This document shows, piece by piece, positions 31,909 through 42,148 of a stretch of 64,000 nucleotides of DNA. Both the position numbers and the translations under genes were made by a program. The notes under the pieces are model-generated. The model made no database searches and was not told the origin of the DNA. It worked only from the letters and a program-made list of their open reading frames with translations. The DNA comes from an uncultured Alphaproteobacteria bacterium (GTDB taxonomy: Bacteria > Pseudomonadota > Alphaproteobacteria > RF32 > CAG-239): assembly GCA_934254675.1 (NCBI GenBank), contig CAKQLP010000002.1:15731-79730 (forward strand). The letters are read 5' to 3'. Numbering within the stretch: the stretch's first letter is position 1; each line of letters begins with the position of its first letter.

Positions 31909-34228
31909 GTTGAGAGGATGTGTCCGCAAATTATATCAGAACGTGTTTATTCGTTTTGCTTTGCTTTTATTATTGATTACTACGGTCGTTTATATTCTTG
32001 TCCCAAAGCCGGATTTGTACAACAAATACAGTTTTTCCAGCGCTGTTTATGATACAAACGGCAAACTGCTTAAACTCTCTTTGAGCAACGATGATAAATA
32101 TCGATTGTTTGTTTCTTTGCAAAATGTTCCAATTGAAGCCCGTCAGGCTTTGTTATTATACGAAGATCAATATTTTTATTATCATATCGGAGTTAATCCG
32201 TTTAGTCTATTTCGGGCAATTTTAGCAATGTCAAGCGGAGGAAGACGCCAAGGCGCGTCAACAATAACCATGCAAGTGGCGCGCATTGTGTTTCAGATAA
32301 ATTCAACCTCTTTTTTAGGAAAAATAGAGCAAATATTCCGTGCACTGCAAATTGAATTATTTTATAGCAAAAATGAAATTCTTGAAGCTTATTTTAATTT
32401 GGCGCCCTATGGTGGAAATATTGAAGGCATCGGGGCGGCGGCGTTAATCTATTTTCAACAAAACGCTGATAAACTTAATTTACCACAGATTTTGGCATTG
32501 ACAGTAATACCTCAAAATCCATCTAAACGTTCTTTGCTGACAGAGATTAATCGTAAACAGAATAGTGTTGCGTATCAAAGAATAAAAAATATATGGCTTG
32601 AAAAATATCAACATTCCCAAAATGAATATTTAAATCTTCCTTTGTCATCATCAGTATATTTGCCAGATAACGCATCGCATTTTACTCGAAGAATGTTTGC
32701 CGCTTATCAGGGTGAAATAAAGACGACATTAAATCTGAATTATCAAAAAGATTTGGAAGACATTATTCGCCGATATGTGGCTGAACAACGGCAAAAAGGT
32801 GTGTTCAATGCATCAGCCCTATTGTTAGATAGTCAAGACATGTCTGTTTTGGCTTATGTCGGTTCAGCAGATTTTTATAATAAAAACATTTCAGGACAAG
32901 TTGATGGTATAGTTGCCCGCCGTTCTCCCGGTTCAACGCTAAAACCCTTTGTTTATGCCTTAGCTTTGGAGCAGGGATTGATACATCCTTTGAGTATGCT
33001 TAAAGATGTTCCCAGCCGATATGGATTTTATTCTCCGGAAAATTTTGACCATACTTATTATGGTCTTTTAAATGCAACGAGAGCTTTGACATTAAGCAGA
33101 AATATTCCGGCGGTGGAACTTTTAATGCAAGTTGGTGAGAAAAATTTTTATGAATTGTTAAAAAAATGTGGGGTTAACTTGCCCAAAAAAGCGGATTATT
33201 ATGGTTTAGCGATGGCATTGGGCGGTGTCGAGGTGTCCATGGAAAATTTAGCCTCAATGTATGCTATGCTTGCCAATAATGGAAAATTTTCAAACATTGT
33301 TTTTCTAAAAAGCGAAAGTGCGGATTTTCAGCAATTGTTATTGCCTGAAGCGGCTTTTCTAACACGTTACATGTTGTTTCAAAATGAAAGCATAGATAAA
33401 AATTTGTCAAAGTCCATTAAAAGAAAAGCTATTTCCGCCGCATGGAAAACCGGAACTTCGTTTAGTTATAAAGATGCTTGGACAGCAGGAATTTTTGGAA
33501 AATATGTGTTAGTTGTGTGGCTTGGTAATTTTAATGGAAAATCCAATTCTGCTTTTGTGGGTAGAAAACTGGCTGCGCCTTTATTCTTTAGGATAGCCAG
33601 AAGATTTATGGATAAGAATTTATTGTCGTCTTATAAAGACGAAACAGAATATTTAAATTTGGCTAAAGTTAAAGTTTGTCAGGATACGGGAGATTTAGCT
33701 ACGGAATTTTGCTATAAAACAGTTGAAACCTATTTTATTCCCGGGGTGACTTCAATTAAAAATTCAAATATTACCCGTTTGATTCCTATTGATAAAAAAA
33801 GCGGGTTGAGAGCTTGCCGACACACTCCGCCGCAAACGGAACTCAAAAGCTATAATTTTTGGCCGTCAGAGATATTGTCTGCATATCAAAAAGCTGGAAT
33901 AAATTTGCAAAAACCGCCGGCGTTTAAAGAAAATTGTCAAAATGTGGAAGATTTTGTTCAAGGAACACCTCCAAAAATATTGAGACCATATAATGGAGAA
34001 AAAATTTTACTCAGTTCTTTGCAAGGCGGAAAAATTTTGGCTGAGGCGACTGTTGACGCGGATACTAATGAAGTTTACTGGTTTATAAATAACCGGTTAT
34101 GCGGAGTTTCTAAAGCTAATGAAATTTATGAAATAACTCCTCCTCAATATGGTCGCTTAGAAGTTAAAGCCGTAGATGGCTTGGGGCGGCAGACAGCTGT
34201 TTCAATACAGATACAGTCATTAAATTAA
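31895..34228 (+). CDS. pbpC: penicillin-binding protein 1C (bifunctional transglycosylase/transpeptidase)
   Basis: GT51 motifs (EDQYFYYHIGVNP, RQGASTITMQ). Transpeptidase motifs STLKPF (SxxK), SRN and KTGTS. Overlaps the a2m stop by 14 nt. Confidence 0.85.
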   Translation: MSGNKLRGCVRKLYQNVFIRFALLLLLITTVVYILVPKPDLYNKYSFSSAVYDTNGKLLKLSLSNDDKYRLFVSLQNVPIEARQALLLYEDQYFYYHIGVNPFSLFRAILAMSSGGRRQGASTITMQVARIVFQINSTSFLGKIEQIFRALQIELFYSKNEILEAYFNLAPYGGNIEGIGAAALIYFQQNADKLNLPQILALTVIPQNPSKRSLLTEINRKQNSVAYQRIKNIWLEKYQHSQNEYLNLPLSSSVYLPDNASHFTRRMFAAYQGEIKTTLNLNYQKDLEDIIRRYVAEQRQKGVFNASALLLDSQDMSVLAYVGSADFYNKNISGQVDGIVARRSPGSTLKPFVYALALEQGLIHPLSMLKDVPSRYGFYSPENFDHTYYGLLNATRALTLSRNIPAVELLMQVGEKNFYELLKKCGVNLPKKADYYGLAMALGGVEVSMENLASMYAMLANNGKFSNIVFLKSESADFQQLLLPEAAFLTRYMLFQNESIDKNLSKSIKRKAISAAWKTGTSFSYKDAWTAGIFGKYVLVVWLGNFNGKSNSAFVGRKLAAPLFFRIARRFMDKNLLSSYKDETEYLNLAKVKVCQDTGDLATEFCYKTVETYFIPGVTSIKNSNITRLIPIDKKSGLRACRHTPPQTELKSYNFWPSEILSAYQKAGINLQKPPAFKENCQNVEDFVQGTPPKILRPYNGEKILLSSLQGGKILAEATVDADTNEVYWFINNRLCGVSKANEIYEITPPQYGRLEVKAVDGLGRQTAVSIQIQSLN

Positions 34229-34231
34229 AAA

Positions 34232-34262
34232 AAGCTCCGGAGTTTTGTGACTCGGAGCTCTA
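34232..34262. terminator. bidirectional Rho-independent terminator
   Basis: GCTCCGAG-tttgtgac-CTCGGAGC hairpin with flanking A/T runs. Confidence 0.5.
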
Positions 34263-34265
34263 AAA

Positions 34266-34667
34266 TTAAAACACCTCTTGAACGCCGGAAGTGTAAATCA
34301 CCTGTTCCGGAGAAAGGGTCTTGAGTTTCATTTTCTTTGCCACCACGTCGAGTAAATCTCTGGGAGGAGTTTTAACGTAAAGTGACGAAGAAAGTTCAAA
34401 TAGAGTTTGTTTGATAAAATCTATTTGATGCTGTACATTTTTGGAAGGTTGCAAATCATTCAACTTTTTCAAATACTTAGTCAAGATTTTGGCAAAGTCG
34501 TTTTTGTCATCCGTGTGAAAAGCCAGAATGTTCACGGTGTTATCTTCAGAACGCACCGTACCCAGCCAAATAAAATCACATTGTGTCGGGAGAGAGGTAT
34601 CAGGAACCATTAATGTTCCGACAAACGTGACTAAATGTTTTGTGTTGTTAGGACCTTTTACTTCCAT
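34266..34667 (-). CDS. hypothetical protein (133 aa)
   Basis: ORF only. Confidence 0.35.
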   Translation of the reverse strand: MEVKGPNNTKHLVTFVGTLMVPDTSLPTQCDFIWLGTVRSEDNTVNILAFHTDDKNDFAKILTKYLKKLNDLQPSKNVQHQIDFIKQTLFELSSSLYVKTPPRDLLDVVAKKMKLKTLSPEQVIYTSGVQEVF

Positions 34668-34839
34668 AAAAAATAATTTAGCAGGCGTTTATCTTTAAAT
34701 GAATACGTTTGCCTAAAGCGTATCAGACATAATAAAAAACAAAAATATAAAATATTGAGCATAAATTAACTGAAAAATATATTTTTGTCAATAAGCTAAG
34801 TCATAAAAAAAATGCCAGAGACTGACATTTTTTTTACAA

Positions 34840-36069
34840 TTATTCATAGCGCAAAGCATTAATCGGATTTAATAAAGAAGCTTTGTAGGCTGGAAAAAAG
34901 CCAAACAGCAAACCGACAATGCCGGAAAAACTAAATGGCAATATTACATAAAATGTTGATATTGCCGCGGAAAGCGATGTCAGTTTCGGCAGAATATATA
35001 CTCCGGAAACACCAATTATCACTCCGATTAAACCACCGATTAAAGACAAAATCAGTGCTTCCATTAAAAACTGCAAGCGAATATCCCAACGTTTTGCGCC
35101 AATAGCCATACGAATGCCTATTTCTCTGGTGCGTTCGGTTACGGAAACAAGCATAATATTCATAATGCCAATGCCGCCCACAAGCAACGATATGGAAGCT
35201 ATTGAGCCCAGCAGAATAGTCATGATTTTGGTGGAATTTTGCATCATTTCCATAAATTGAGTTAAGTTCATAATGGTAAAATCATCATCTTTGGTCAGCC
35301 CGAGATTATGGCGTTGGCGCAAAAGTGCGGTAATTTCATCTTGCGATGTGTAGGTGCTTTCGGCATCATAGGCCTGTAACATCAGCATATTCACCATATC
35401 CGGAAATTGTGTGCCGGAAATCTTTTTTTGCACGGTGCTGAGCGGCAAATAGACCATATCGTCCTGATCTTGCCCCGGACCGCTTTGTCCGCGGGTGGTG
35501 AGTGCGCCGATAACGGTGAACGGCAGACCTTTAATTCGAATTGTTTTTCCCAGCGGGTCAATATCGCCGAACAACTCTTTAACCACAGTCTGACCGAGAA
35601 TGGCTACTTTGTTTGCGTTTTTTACATCAGCGTCCGAAAAATCGCGCCCGAAAGCCAATTCCCATTCTTTAATTTCAAAATAGCGGTTGTCTGTTCCCAC
35701 AATATTTGTGGCCCAGTTTGTGTTGCCATAAACAATTTGTCCGCTGTCGTTGACTACCGGTACGGCCAGATGAATAGCCGGAATTTTATTTTGAATGGCA
35801 TCGGCATCGCCGTTTTTTAAGGTTGGTTGCGAGCCGTGTCCCATTCTTGCGCCGCCGGAAGTCGATGAGCCGGAGCGAATCATAATCAAATTTGTTCCCA
35901 TACTGCGCATTTCTTTTTGAATGGAAAGCTGTGCGCCGTTACCGATGGCCAACATCACAATCACGGCGGCCACACCGATGATTATGCCCAAACTGGTTAA
36001 AACCGAGCGCATTTTGTTGGCCTGAATTGCCCGAATGGCTATTTTATAAATTGTTTTTAATTCAATCAT
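34840..36069 (-). CDS. ABC transporter permease, MacB/FtsX family
   Basis: N-terminal TM helix, large periplasmic domain and C-terminal FtsX-type 3-TM bundle. Overlaps the ATPase gene by 4 nt. Confidence 0.8.
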   Translation of the reverse strand: MIELKTIYKIAIRAIQANKMRSVLTSLGIIIGVAAVIVMLAIGNGAQLSIQKEMRSMGTNLIMIRSGSSTSGGARMGHGSQPTLKNGDADAIQNKIPAIHLAVPVVNDSGQIVYGNTNWATNIVGTDNRYFEIKEWELAFGRDFSDADVKNANKVAILGQTVVKELFGDIDPLGKTIRIKGLPFTVIGALTTRGQSGPGQDQDDMVYLPLSTVQKKISGTQFPDMVNMLMLQAYDAESTYTSQDEITALLRQRHNLGLTKDDDFTIMNLTQFMEMMQNSTKIMTILLGSIASISLLVGGIGIMNIMLVSVTERTREIGIRMAIGAKRWDIRLQFLMEALILSLIGGLIGVIIGVSGVYILPKLTSLSAAISTFYVILPFSFSGIVGLLFGFFPAYKASLLNPINALRYE

Positions 36070-36770
36070 TTTTGAGTTCTTTTCTGGTTTATAATGTCGG
36101 AATGAATTTCGCCGTCAACAATTTTGATGATACGTTTGGCGAATAAGGCGATATCTTCTTCGTGGGTTACAAGAATTATGGTGCGGTGTAAATTTTCATT
36201 AAGTTTGCTAAACAAATCCATAATTTCCACACTCATTTTGGTGTCAAGATTTCCTGTCGGTTCATCGGCAAAAATAATCGGAGCTTCATTAACAATGGCG
36301 CGAGCTATGGCCACGCGCTGTTGTTGTCCGCCGGAAAGTTGGTTGGGTTGATGGTGCATACGCTCATGCAAGCCAACGCTGTTCAAGGCTTTTTCGGCGC
36401 GTTCTTTACGTTCTTTATCGTCTATTCCGGCATAAATCATTGGTAATTCAACATTTTCAAGAGCCGAAGTGCGTGAAAGCAAGTTAAAACCTTGAAAGAC
36501 AAATCCGATTTTACGATTGCGGATTTCGGCCAGTTCATCACCGCTTAAATGTTCGATGTTTTCGCCATCTAAAACATATTCACCTGAAGTTGGGGTGTCC
36601 AAACAGCCCAAAATGTTCATCAATGTTGACTTTCCCGAGCCGGAAGGCCCCATAATAGCCACAAATTCACCGGCTTTAATCTCTAGATTTATTCCTTTCA
36701 AAATCTCTAAATCAAAACCATCCAAAGGATAACTTTTATGAATATTTTTCAGTTGTATCAGCGGGTTCAT
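36066..36770 (-). CDS. ABC transporter ATP-binding protein (MacB/LolD type)
   Basis: Walker [10 protein letters not shown], signature [14 protein letters not shown], Walker [13 protein letters not shown]. Confidence 0.85.
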   Translation of the reverse strand: MNPLIQLKNIHKSYPLDGFDLEILKGINLEIKAGEFVAIMGPSGSGKSTLMNILGCLDTPTSGEYVLDGENIEHLSGDELAEIRNRKIGFVFQGFNLLSRTSALENVELPMIYAGIDDKERKERAEKALNSVGLHERMHHQPNQLSGGQQQRVAIARAIVNEAPIIFADEPTGNLDTKMSVEIMDLFSKLNENLHRTIILVTHEEDIALFAKRIIKIVDGEIHSDIINQKRTQK

Positions 36771-37924
36771 CAGTGAGGCATCCTAAATTTCATTTTTTTG
36801 GCGTCAGCGGCGGAAGTTTCTTTAGAAACAATAACTTCATCACCGATTTTTAAGGAACTTTCTAAAATTTGCGTGTTATCATCGTCGCTTACTCCGATTT
36901 TTACGGTGACGCGTTCCGGTCTGCCGTTTTTAATAATCCAAACTCCGCGGTCTTTATAGCGTTTGGCCTTGTCGCTGTCGTCGATATAAAAACGCAAAGC
37001 TTGGTTAGGAACAAGCATCACGTTTTTTTCTTCGGCGGTAATAATTTCAACATTGGCGGTCATTCCCGGTTTTAATTTCAAATCGGTGTTATCTATGCCG
37101 ATAACCACTGTATAAGTTACCACATTTGAGGTAGTGATGGCTTCGTTGCGAACTTGAGTTACTGTGCCGTAAAAATAATCGTCAGCATAGCTGTCAACTG
37201 TGAAACGCACTTGTTGACCTTCTTTGACTTTGGCAATATCCGCTTCAACAACCGAGGCTTCAATTTGCATTTTGGTTAAGTCTTCGGCCACCGAAAAAAT
37301 TTCAGGCGTTTCAAAACTTGCCGCCACGGTTTGTCCGACTTCCACGGATTTAGAAATGACAATGCCGTCAACCGGAGCTTTAATTTCAGTATAAGAAAGT
37401 TCGGTTTGCGCCGAATTTAAGGAAGCTTGCGCTTGTTTGACCTGCGCTTGTTCCAGTGCCAATTGAGCCACGGAATTGTCATAGTCACGCTCGGCCGCCT
37501 CCAAGTCTTTTTCGGTGGAATATTTGGAAGCGTTCAGTTTGGAAATGCGATTTAAGGCTTTTTTATAGTATTTAATGTTGTTTTCTTCAACGGCGACCTG
37601 TGCTTTGGCTATGTCCAAAGCGGCTTCACGCTGTTGGACAGTGGCTTTGGCGTTTTCTTGGTCAATCAGGGCTAAGAGTTGTCCCTTTTTAACAACAGAG
37701 TTATAATCGACATAAATTTCAGCAATGCGTCCCGAAGCCTGAGAACCGACAGAAACTGTGGAAAGCGGATTGATTGTGCCGGAAGCGGTTATGCTCTCCA
37801 TAATGTCACCATTTTCAATTTTTTGCGTTTTATAAACCATACTGTCGGTATCGCGGTTCATAAGTTTATAACTGACACTCACAATAATCAGCAGGGCAGT
37901 GCCGTAAATCAAGTACTTTTTCAT
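36770..37924 (-). CDS. efflux periplasmic adaptor subunit (HlyD/MacA family)
   Basis: Signal-anchor, coiled-coil hairpin region and beta-barrel/lipoyl domains. First gene of a three-gene operon with the ABC genes. Confidence 0.8.
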   Translation of the reverse strand: MKKYLIYGTALLIIVSVSYKLMNRDTDSMVYKTQKIENGDIMESITASGTINPLSTVSVGSQASGRIAEIYVDYNSVVKKGQLLALIDQENAKATVQQREAALDIAKAQVAVEENNIKYYKKALNRISKLNASKYSTEKDLEAAERDYDNSVAQLALEQAQVKQAQASLNSAQTELSYTEIKAPVDGIVISKSVEVGQTVAASFETPEIFSVAEDLTKMQIEASVVEADIAKVKEGQQVRFTVDSYADDYFYGTVTQVRNEAITTSNVVTYTVVIGIDNTDLKLKPGMTANVEIITAEEKNVMLVPNQALRFYIDDSDKAKRYKDRGVWIIKNGRPERVTVKIGVSDDDNTQILESSLKIGDEVIVSKETSAADAKKMKFRMPH

Positions 37925-38149
37925 TTTATAACCTTTCGCTTAATAATTAAGGTTCAATATAAAAAATAATTTGTAAAAAATCCATATTTTTTGTGGCGTA
38001 ATCACTAAAAATATGTGCAAAAAATGGTATGGAAAAAAATGGAATATATCAGTTTATTAACATTGCGGTGTGCTGGTATTAAAAAAAAGGCTTTATTTTT
38101 TTGATTTTTCTGTTATATATAAATCGGTTAAAGTGTAACCCTGTCTTAT

Positions 38150-39424
38150 TTGAGGAATAATTTTTTGAAAAAACTTTTGAAGAAAAATAAGTTCAAATTT
38201 AAGAAACAAAAGGTTCTTTATGCGGAAAAGAAGCCTTTTTTGGCTGATAAGGAAATTATATTCCGTAGCAACGGAAGAGCTAAAGTATTTAATATTTCTC
38301 ACCGTTTACAAGTGTTTGCGTTGATGCTGTTTGCGGCGGTTTTTGCGTGGTCGGGTTATAATTATTATTTTTATCACGTTTCGGCAAAAATTATTCATCA
38401 CAAAGATAAAGAACTGGGAAAAACACGCGACGCTTATATTGATTTGATGTCTGACGTGACGGCTTTGCAAAATAATTTGAAAAATGTGGTTTCTTCAATT
38501 GATGAAGCCGGAGATGGTCTGAAAGAAATAGAAAATTATAAAGAAAAAGCAATGGTTGTTGAAGATAAAATTAAACAAATTGCCGATTCTGAAAGTTGGA
38601 TTGACGCCGATAAGGTAGAAGAAAAAGTGACCAAAAAAGAAGCGTTGTTGCAAAAAGATTTGGTGCAGACCGAAAATAACCAACTAAAACAAAAAATAGA
38701 AGAATTGGGCGGTAAAATCACCAATTTGCAAGAAACCGTAAAAGGATTGGAAACAGCTGAAATCGCTATTTTAGATAAAATTCATAAACTTTCAGGTCGG
38801 GAAATTGAGCAAATTAAAAGTTCTTTGACGCAAATTAATAAATCACTTAAAGATAAAAATCGTTATTTTAATCCGCTTTCAAACATTAAAGAAGGTAAGG
38901 GCGGGGCTTTTGAGCCGGCGCAAGGCATGAAAATTGAAAATAAAGAATTGCTAAAAAAAATGTCGGCGACTTTTCAACAAATAGATACATTAGAAAATTA
39001 TAAGCGGGCAATGAAAAACGTGCCGCTGGGAAAACCGGTTTACCGCTATCAATTAAGTTCATCTTATGGCACGCGTCAAGACCCGTTTAAGGCTTATTTG
39101 GCTAACCATAAGGGCTTGGATATGCGGGCGGCGGCGGGCAGTCGTATTTCCGCTCAGGCCGCCGGTAAGGTAACATCGGCCGGATATCAAAAAAACGGCT
39201 ATGGCAATTTGGTGGTGGTTGACCACGGCAATGGTTTTGTGACAAAATATGCACATATGCGCAAAATTTATGTTAAAACAGGGGACAAAGTGGCTTATAA
39301 TCAAGCTTTGGGTGAAGTCGGACGCACCGGCCGCGCCACAGGAAATCATTTGCACTATGAAGTATTGTATCGTGGGGCAAATGTGAATCCGGCTGCTTTT
39401 ATAACCTTGAACAGCCTGAATTAA
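38150..39424 (+). CDS. coiled-coil M23/LytM-domain peptidase (EnvC/DipM-like)
   Basis: Long coiled-coil region followed by a C-terminal M23 domain (GLDMRAAAGSRISAQAAGKV..., NHLHYEVLYRGANVNP). Confidence 0.75.
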   Translation: MRNNFLKKLLKKNKFKFKKQKVLYAEKKPFLADKEIIFRSNGRAKVFNISHRLQVFALMLFAAVFAWSGYNYYFYHVSAKIIHHKDKELGKTRDAYIDLMSDVTALQNNLKNVVSSIDEAGDGLKEIENYKEKAMVVEDKIKQIADSESWIDADKVEEKVTKKEALLQKDLVQTENNQLKQKIEELGGKITNLQETVKGLETAEIAILDKIHKLSGREIEQIKSSLTQINKSLKDKNRYFNPLSNIKEGKGGAFEPAQGMKIENKELLKKMSATFQQIDTLENYKRAMKNVPLGKPVYRYQLSSSYGTRQDPFKAYLANHKGLDMRAAAGSRISAQAAGKVTSAGYQKNGYGNLVVVDHGNGFVTKYAHMRKIYVKTGDKVAYNQALGEVGRTGRATGNHLHYEVLYRGANVNPAAFITLNSLN

Positions 39425-39434
39425 GGAGATTGAA

Positions 39435-39932
39435 ATGAGAAGTTTAAAACGTTTAATTTATTTGAAAATAGCTCGAATGAGCAGGGGCTCCAATACTCCT
39501 GTGCCAAGCATTATCAGCTGTGACACCAAAATAAAAGGCGATATCTGGGGCGGTGACACAATTCATATTGACGGCAAATTAGAAGGCAATATCATGTGCA
39601 ATGAAGTGATTATCGGCACGCGCGGCTATATTGTGGGCGACATCAAAGCCAAATCATTGAGTGTTTATGGCACAGTTAACGGCATTATCGACACGGATGA
39701 ACTGTTTATAGCCAACAACGCGCGTTTAATTGGAAACGCTTATTACAATAAAATTGCTTTGGAGCCCGGAGCGTATATTGAAGGCAATTGCATGCCGCGT
39801 TCACGTCGTCCGGAAGCGCAGCCGAGACCATCTGTCAGCCAAGCGCAAGCAAAAGCGCAAGAACAGCCAAAAACAGAGCCGAAGCCGACTGAAAGCAAAA
39901 CAGTAGAAACTTCGTTAAAAGCTGTGAAATAA
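39435..39932 (+). CDS. bactofilin family cytoskeletal protein
   Basis: DUF583/bactofilin beta-helical repeats (IGTRGYIVGDIKAKSLSVYGTVNGII..) with a Pro/Gln-rich C-terminal tail. Confidence 0.75.
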   Translation: MRSLKRLIYLKIARMSRGSNTPVPSIISCDTKIKGDIWGGDTIHIDGKLEGNIMCNEVIIGTRGYIVGDIKAKSLSVYGTVNGIIDTDELFIANNARLIGNAYYNKIALEPGAYIEGNCMPRSRRPEAQPRPSVSQAQAKAQEQPKTEPKPTESKTVETSLKAVK

Positions 39933-40411
39933 TGGCGGGAAAAAGTAAAAAAGCGGATTATATTTCTACCGGTCAGGTGGCGCAAAACCGACGGGCGCAT
40001 TTTGATTATATCATAGACGAAGTTTTTCAGGCCGGTTTGGTTTTAACCGGAACAGAGGTTAAATCACTGCGCTTGGGGCACGCCAATATCAATGACGCTT
40101 ATGGCATTGTTGAAAAAGGCGAACTATATATGTCTAACATTTTTATTGCCGAATATGTTAATAAAGGATATGAAAGCCACGTTGAACGACGTAACCGCAA
40201 ATTGTTGCTTCATCATAAAGAAATTGTAAAAATTCAAAATTCTTTAGCGAGAAAAGGCACGACCTTGATTGCCATGAAACTATATTTTGACAATCATGGC
40301 AGAGCAAAGTTGGAAATAGGTTTGGGACGGGGTAAAAAGCTTTATGATAAACGGGAAACGGCGAAGGAGCGTGATTGGAATCGTGAAAAATCTCGGTTGA
40401 TGGCTCATTAA
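39932..40411 (+). CDS. smpB: SsrA-binding protein
   Basis: SmpB-like 159-aa protein with a basic C-terminal tail. Start overlaps the bactofilin stop. Confidence 0.9.
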   Translation: MAGKSKKADYISTGQVAQNRRAHFDYIIDEVFQAGLVLTGTEVKSLRLGHANINDAYGIVEKGELYMSNIFIAEYVNKGYESHVERRNRKLLLHHKEIVKIQNSLARKGTTLIAMKLYFDNHGRAKLEIGLGRGKKLYDKRETAKERDWNREKSRLMAH

Positions 40412-40550
40412 TGTTTTTGAGAAAACAATATTTTAATTTAAGGGGATAAACTTGTTTGGTTTATTTCCTTTTTTTGTTAAGCGCGGGCTGAGAAAATACT
40501 GCCGTTGAAATGTTTTAGAATCAGCAAACAAATTGGTTGGCTGAAAACAT

Positions 40551-40590
40551 AAAAAAAGAAACGTCCAAGTTAGGAGCAAGGACGTTTCGG
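40551..40590 (-). terminator. Rho-independent terminator of pilin-like gene 1
   Basis: GAAACGTCC-(N13)-GGACGTTTC hairpin followed on the minus strand by TTTCTTTTTTT. An identical hairpin follows pilin-like gene 2. Confidence 0.55.
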
Positions 40591-40687
40591 AGAAAAACCG
40601 CCGTAATGAGAGTGAAAACCGGCGATTATCGGAAAAGCCGAACGATTGAAACCCAAAGGTTTCTATAACCGTTAAGCTTTTCCAAAC

Positions 40688-41482
40688 TCAGTAAAACTTC
40701 CATAAAATGGAGTTTGCGTTTGCTGTTGAACTACAAGCTTTTGCCGCTTCAGCAACATTCATTGGCGTTTTTTGGGTAGTACCATTAACACATGCCGCCA
40801 TTGGTGTTGCTGTAGGTGTTGCTGTAGGTGTTGCAGGTGCAGGTGTTTCAGGTGTATTTAATTCCATATTGGCAGAGGCGAGTGCCGTGCCGTTTCCGCC
40901 AATGTTGTTTGATGCTGAACTAGCAGTAACTGAACCACCTGAGCAAGTTATTGATTGAACACCTGCAGAATCAGCGGTTTGTTCCGCACCAGAAGCTACA
41001 ATGCCGACTAAACCGGAAGAATAGCCGGAACCCCAATCATTGGTCGCCAAGGTCACGCAGGCTTCTTTCGGCAAGCCATTCATGATAACAAAAAATCCTC
41101 TGTTAGTCCCACTATCTGATCCGGCATCCATTCCGGTAACTGTGCCGGCACCGATAACAACCGAACCCAAGAAAGCGTTTTGAAGTTTTTTTCCTGTGGT
41201 TGAATTTGTACTATCCGCAATTTGCAGTTCATCCGGCACCACACCCATATGAATAGCCGAATCATTATCCAACCCGCTGTAATTTTGTTGTTGCGCGTAC
41301 AAAGTTCTGATGTTGGTCACAATCATGGCGACGTTGTCCGCAACTTTGTTTGTTTTAAATTTAGTCATGGCTTTTGAATAGCCGGCAATACCGCCAACGC
41401 TCAAAACGCCGATAATGGCCAGTACGCCCAACATTTCAATCATTGAACGGCCTGACTGTTCTTCATATTTATAATTATTCAT
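40688..41482 (-). CDS. type IV pilin-like protein (prepilin N-terminal domain), Thr/Pro-repeat containing
   Basis: Class III signal (..EEQSG|RSMIEMLGVLAIIGVLSVGGIAGY) with Glu at +5 and a hydrophobic alpha1 helix. C-terminal (ATPT)n repeats. The paralog at 47285 shares its first ~60 aa. Confidence 0.7.
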   Translation of the reverse strand: MNNYKYEEQSGRSMIEMLGVLAIIGVLSVGGIAGYSKAMTKFKTNKVADNVAMIVTNIRTLYAQQQNYSGLDNDSAIHMGVVPDELQIADSTNSTTGKKLQNAFLGSVVIGAGTVTGMDAGSDSGTNRGFFVIMNGLPKEACVTLATNDWGSGYSSGLVGIVASGAEQTADSAGVQSITCSGGSVTASSASNNIGGNGTALASANMELNTPETPAPATPTATPTATPMAACVNGTTQKTPMNVAEAAKACSSTANANSILWKFY

Positions 41483-41753
41483 TGTTTTCTCTTCCATAAT
41501 TCTTGTTAACACAAAAAAAGCCACCGATAAGGCAGCTGGAAGTTGGAAACTACTGATCAAAAAATAGTGTAGCATGTTAGCTATGTACATAGCCTATTTT
41601 GCTACCTTCCAGCCATATGACCAGAAGGCACGCACAAAATTTACGCCCTTGTACAAAGACGTTTGACCAAAGAGGTTTCCACACCCCAGACAGACTATCA
41701 TCCATCCATCTATCACTCTAACAAAGATGTTTGATAATGTAAAGAATATTTTT

Positions 41754-41996
41754 TTAATTATCCTTTTCATGTTTGCTGACATCTTGTTTTTCCAAGGCGG
41801 GGTTAGCTTTGGAATGTTCAATTTTGACTATTTCCGTGTGATAGTGGTCAACAATGTGCAGAAGTTTGTGCCAAAAACCTTCCTCGTAGGCAACAATAGT
41901 TCCCCATACAGCCATAATAAACATTAGTACGGTGGAAATACTTTCAGCTATGTCCAATTTTTCTTTTAGCGTGTATTTTTGTTTTGTGTTTTGCAT
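41754..41996 (-). CDS. small hypothetical membrane protein (80 aa)
   Basis: ORF with one hydrophobic helix. Weak evidence. Confidence 0.25.
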   Translation of the reverse strand: MQNTKQKYTLKEKLDIAESISTVLMFIMAVWGTIVAYEEGFWHKLLHIVDHYHTEIVKIEHSKANPALEKQDVSKHEKDN

Positions 41997-42148
41997 ATTA
42001 AATAAATAGGCATTTTATTTTTTAAAACAAGGTTGTTGTTTGGAATGACCAAGTGGTTAAGGGCAATGGTGATTTTATCGGCGCTTTCAAAATAAAATTT
42101 CGCCTTTACATCAAATAAGAAAGCTTGTTTTTATTTAATACTTTTTCC

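Noticed and set aside
40412-40690. Possible tmRNA (ssrA) gene in the 280-bp non-coding stretch right after smpB
   Set aside because: No tRNA-like T-arm (GGTTCGAnTCC) and no plausible acceptor pairing or CCA end were found. Much of the stretch is explained as the conserved 3' flank and terminator of pilin-like gene 1.
41594-41821. 75-aa minus-strand ORF immediately upstream of pilin-like gene 1
   Set aside because: It overlaps the more plausible 80-aa ORF (41754..41996) and the pilin promoter region. No RBS was evident.
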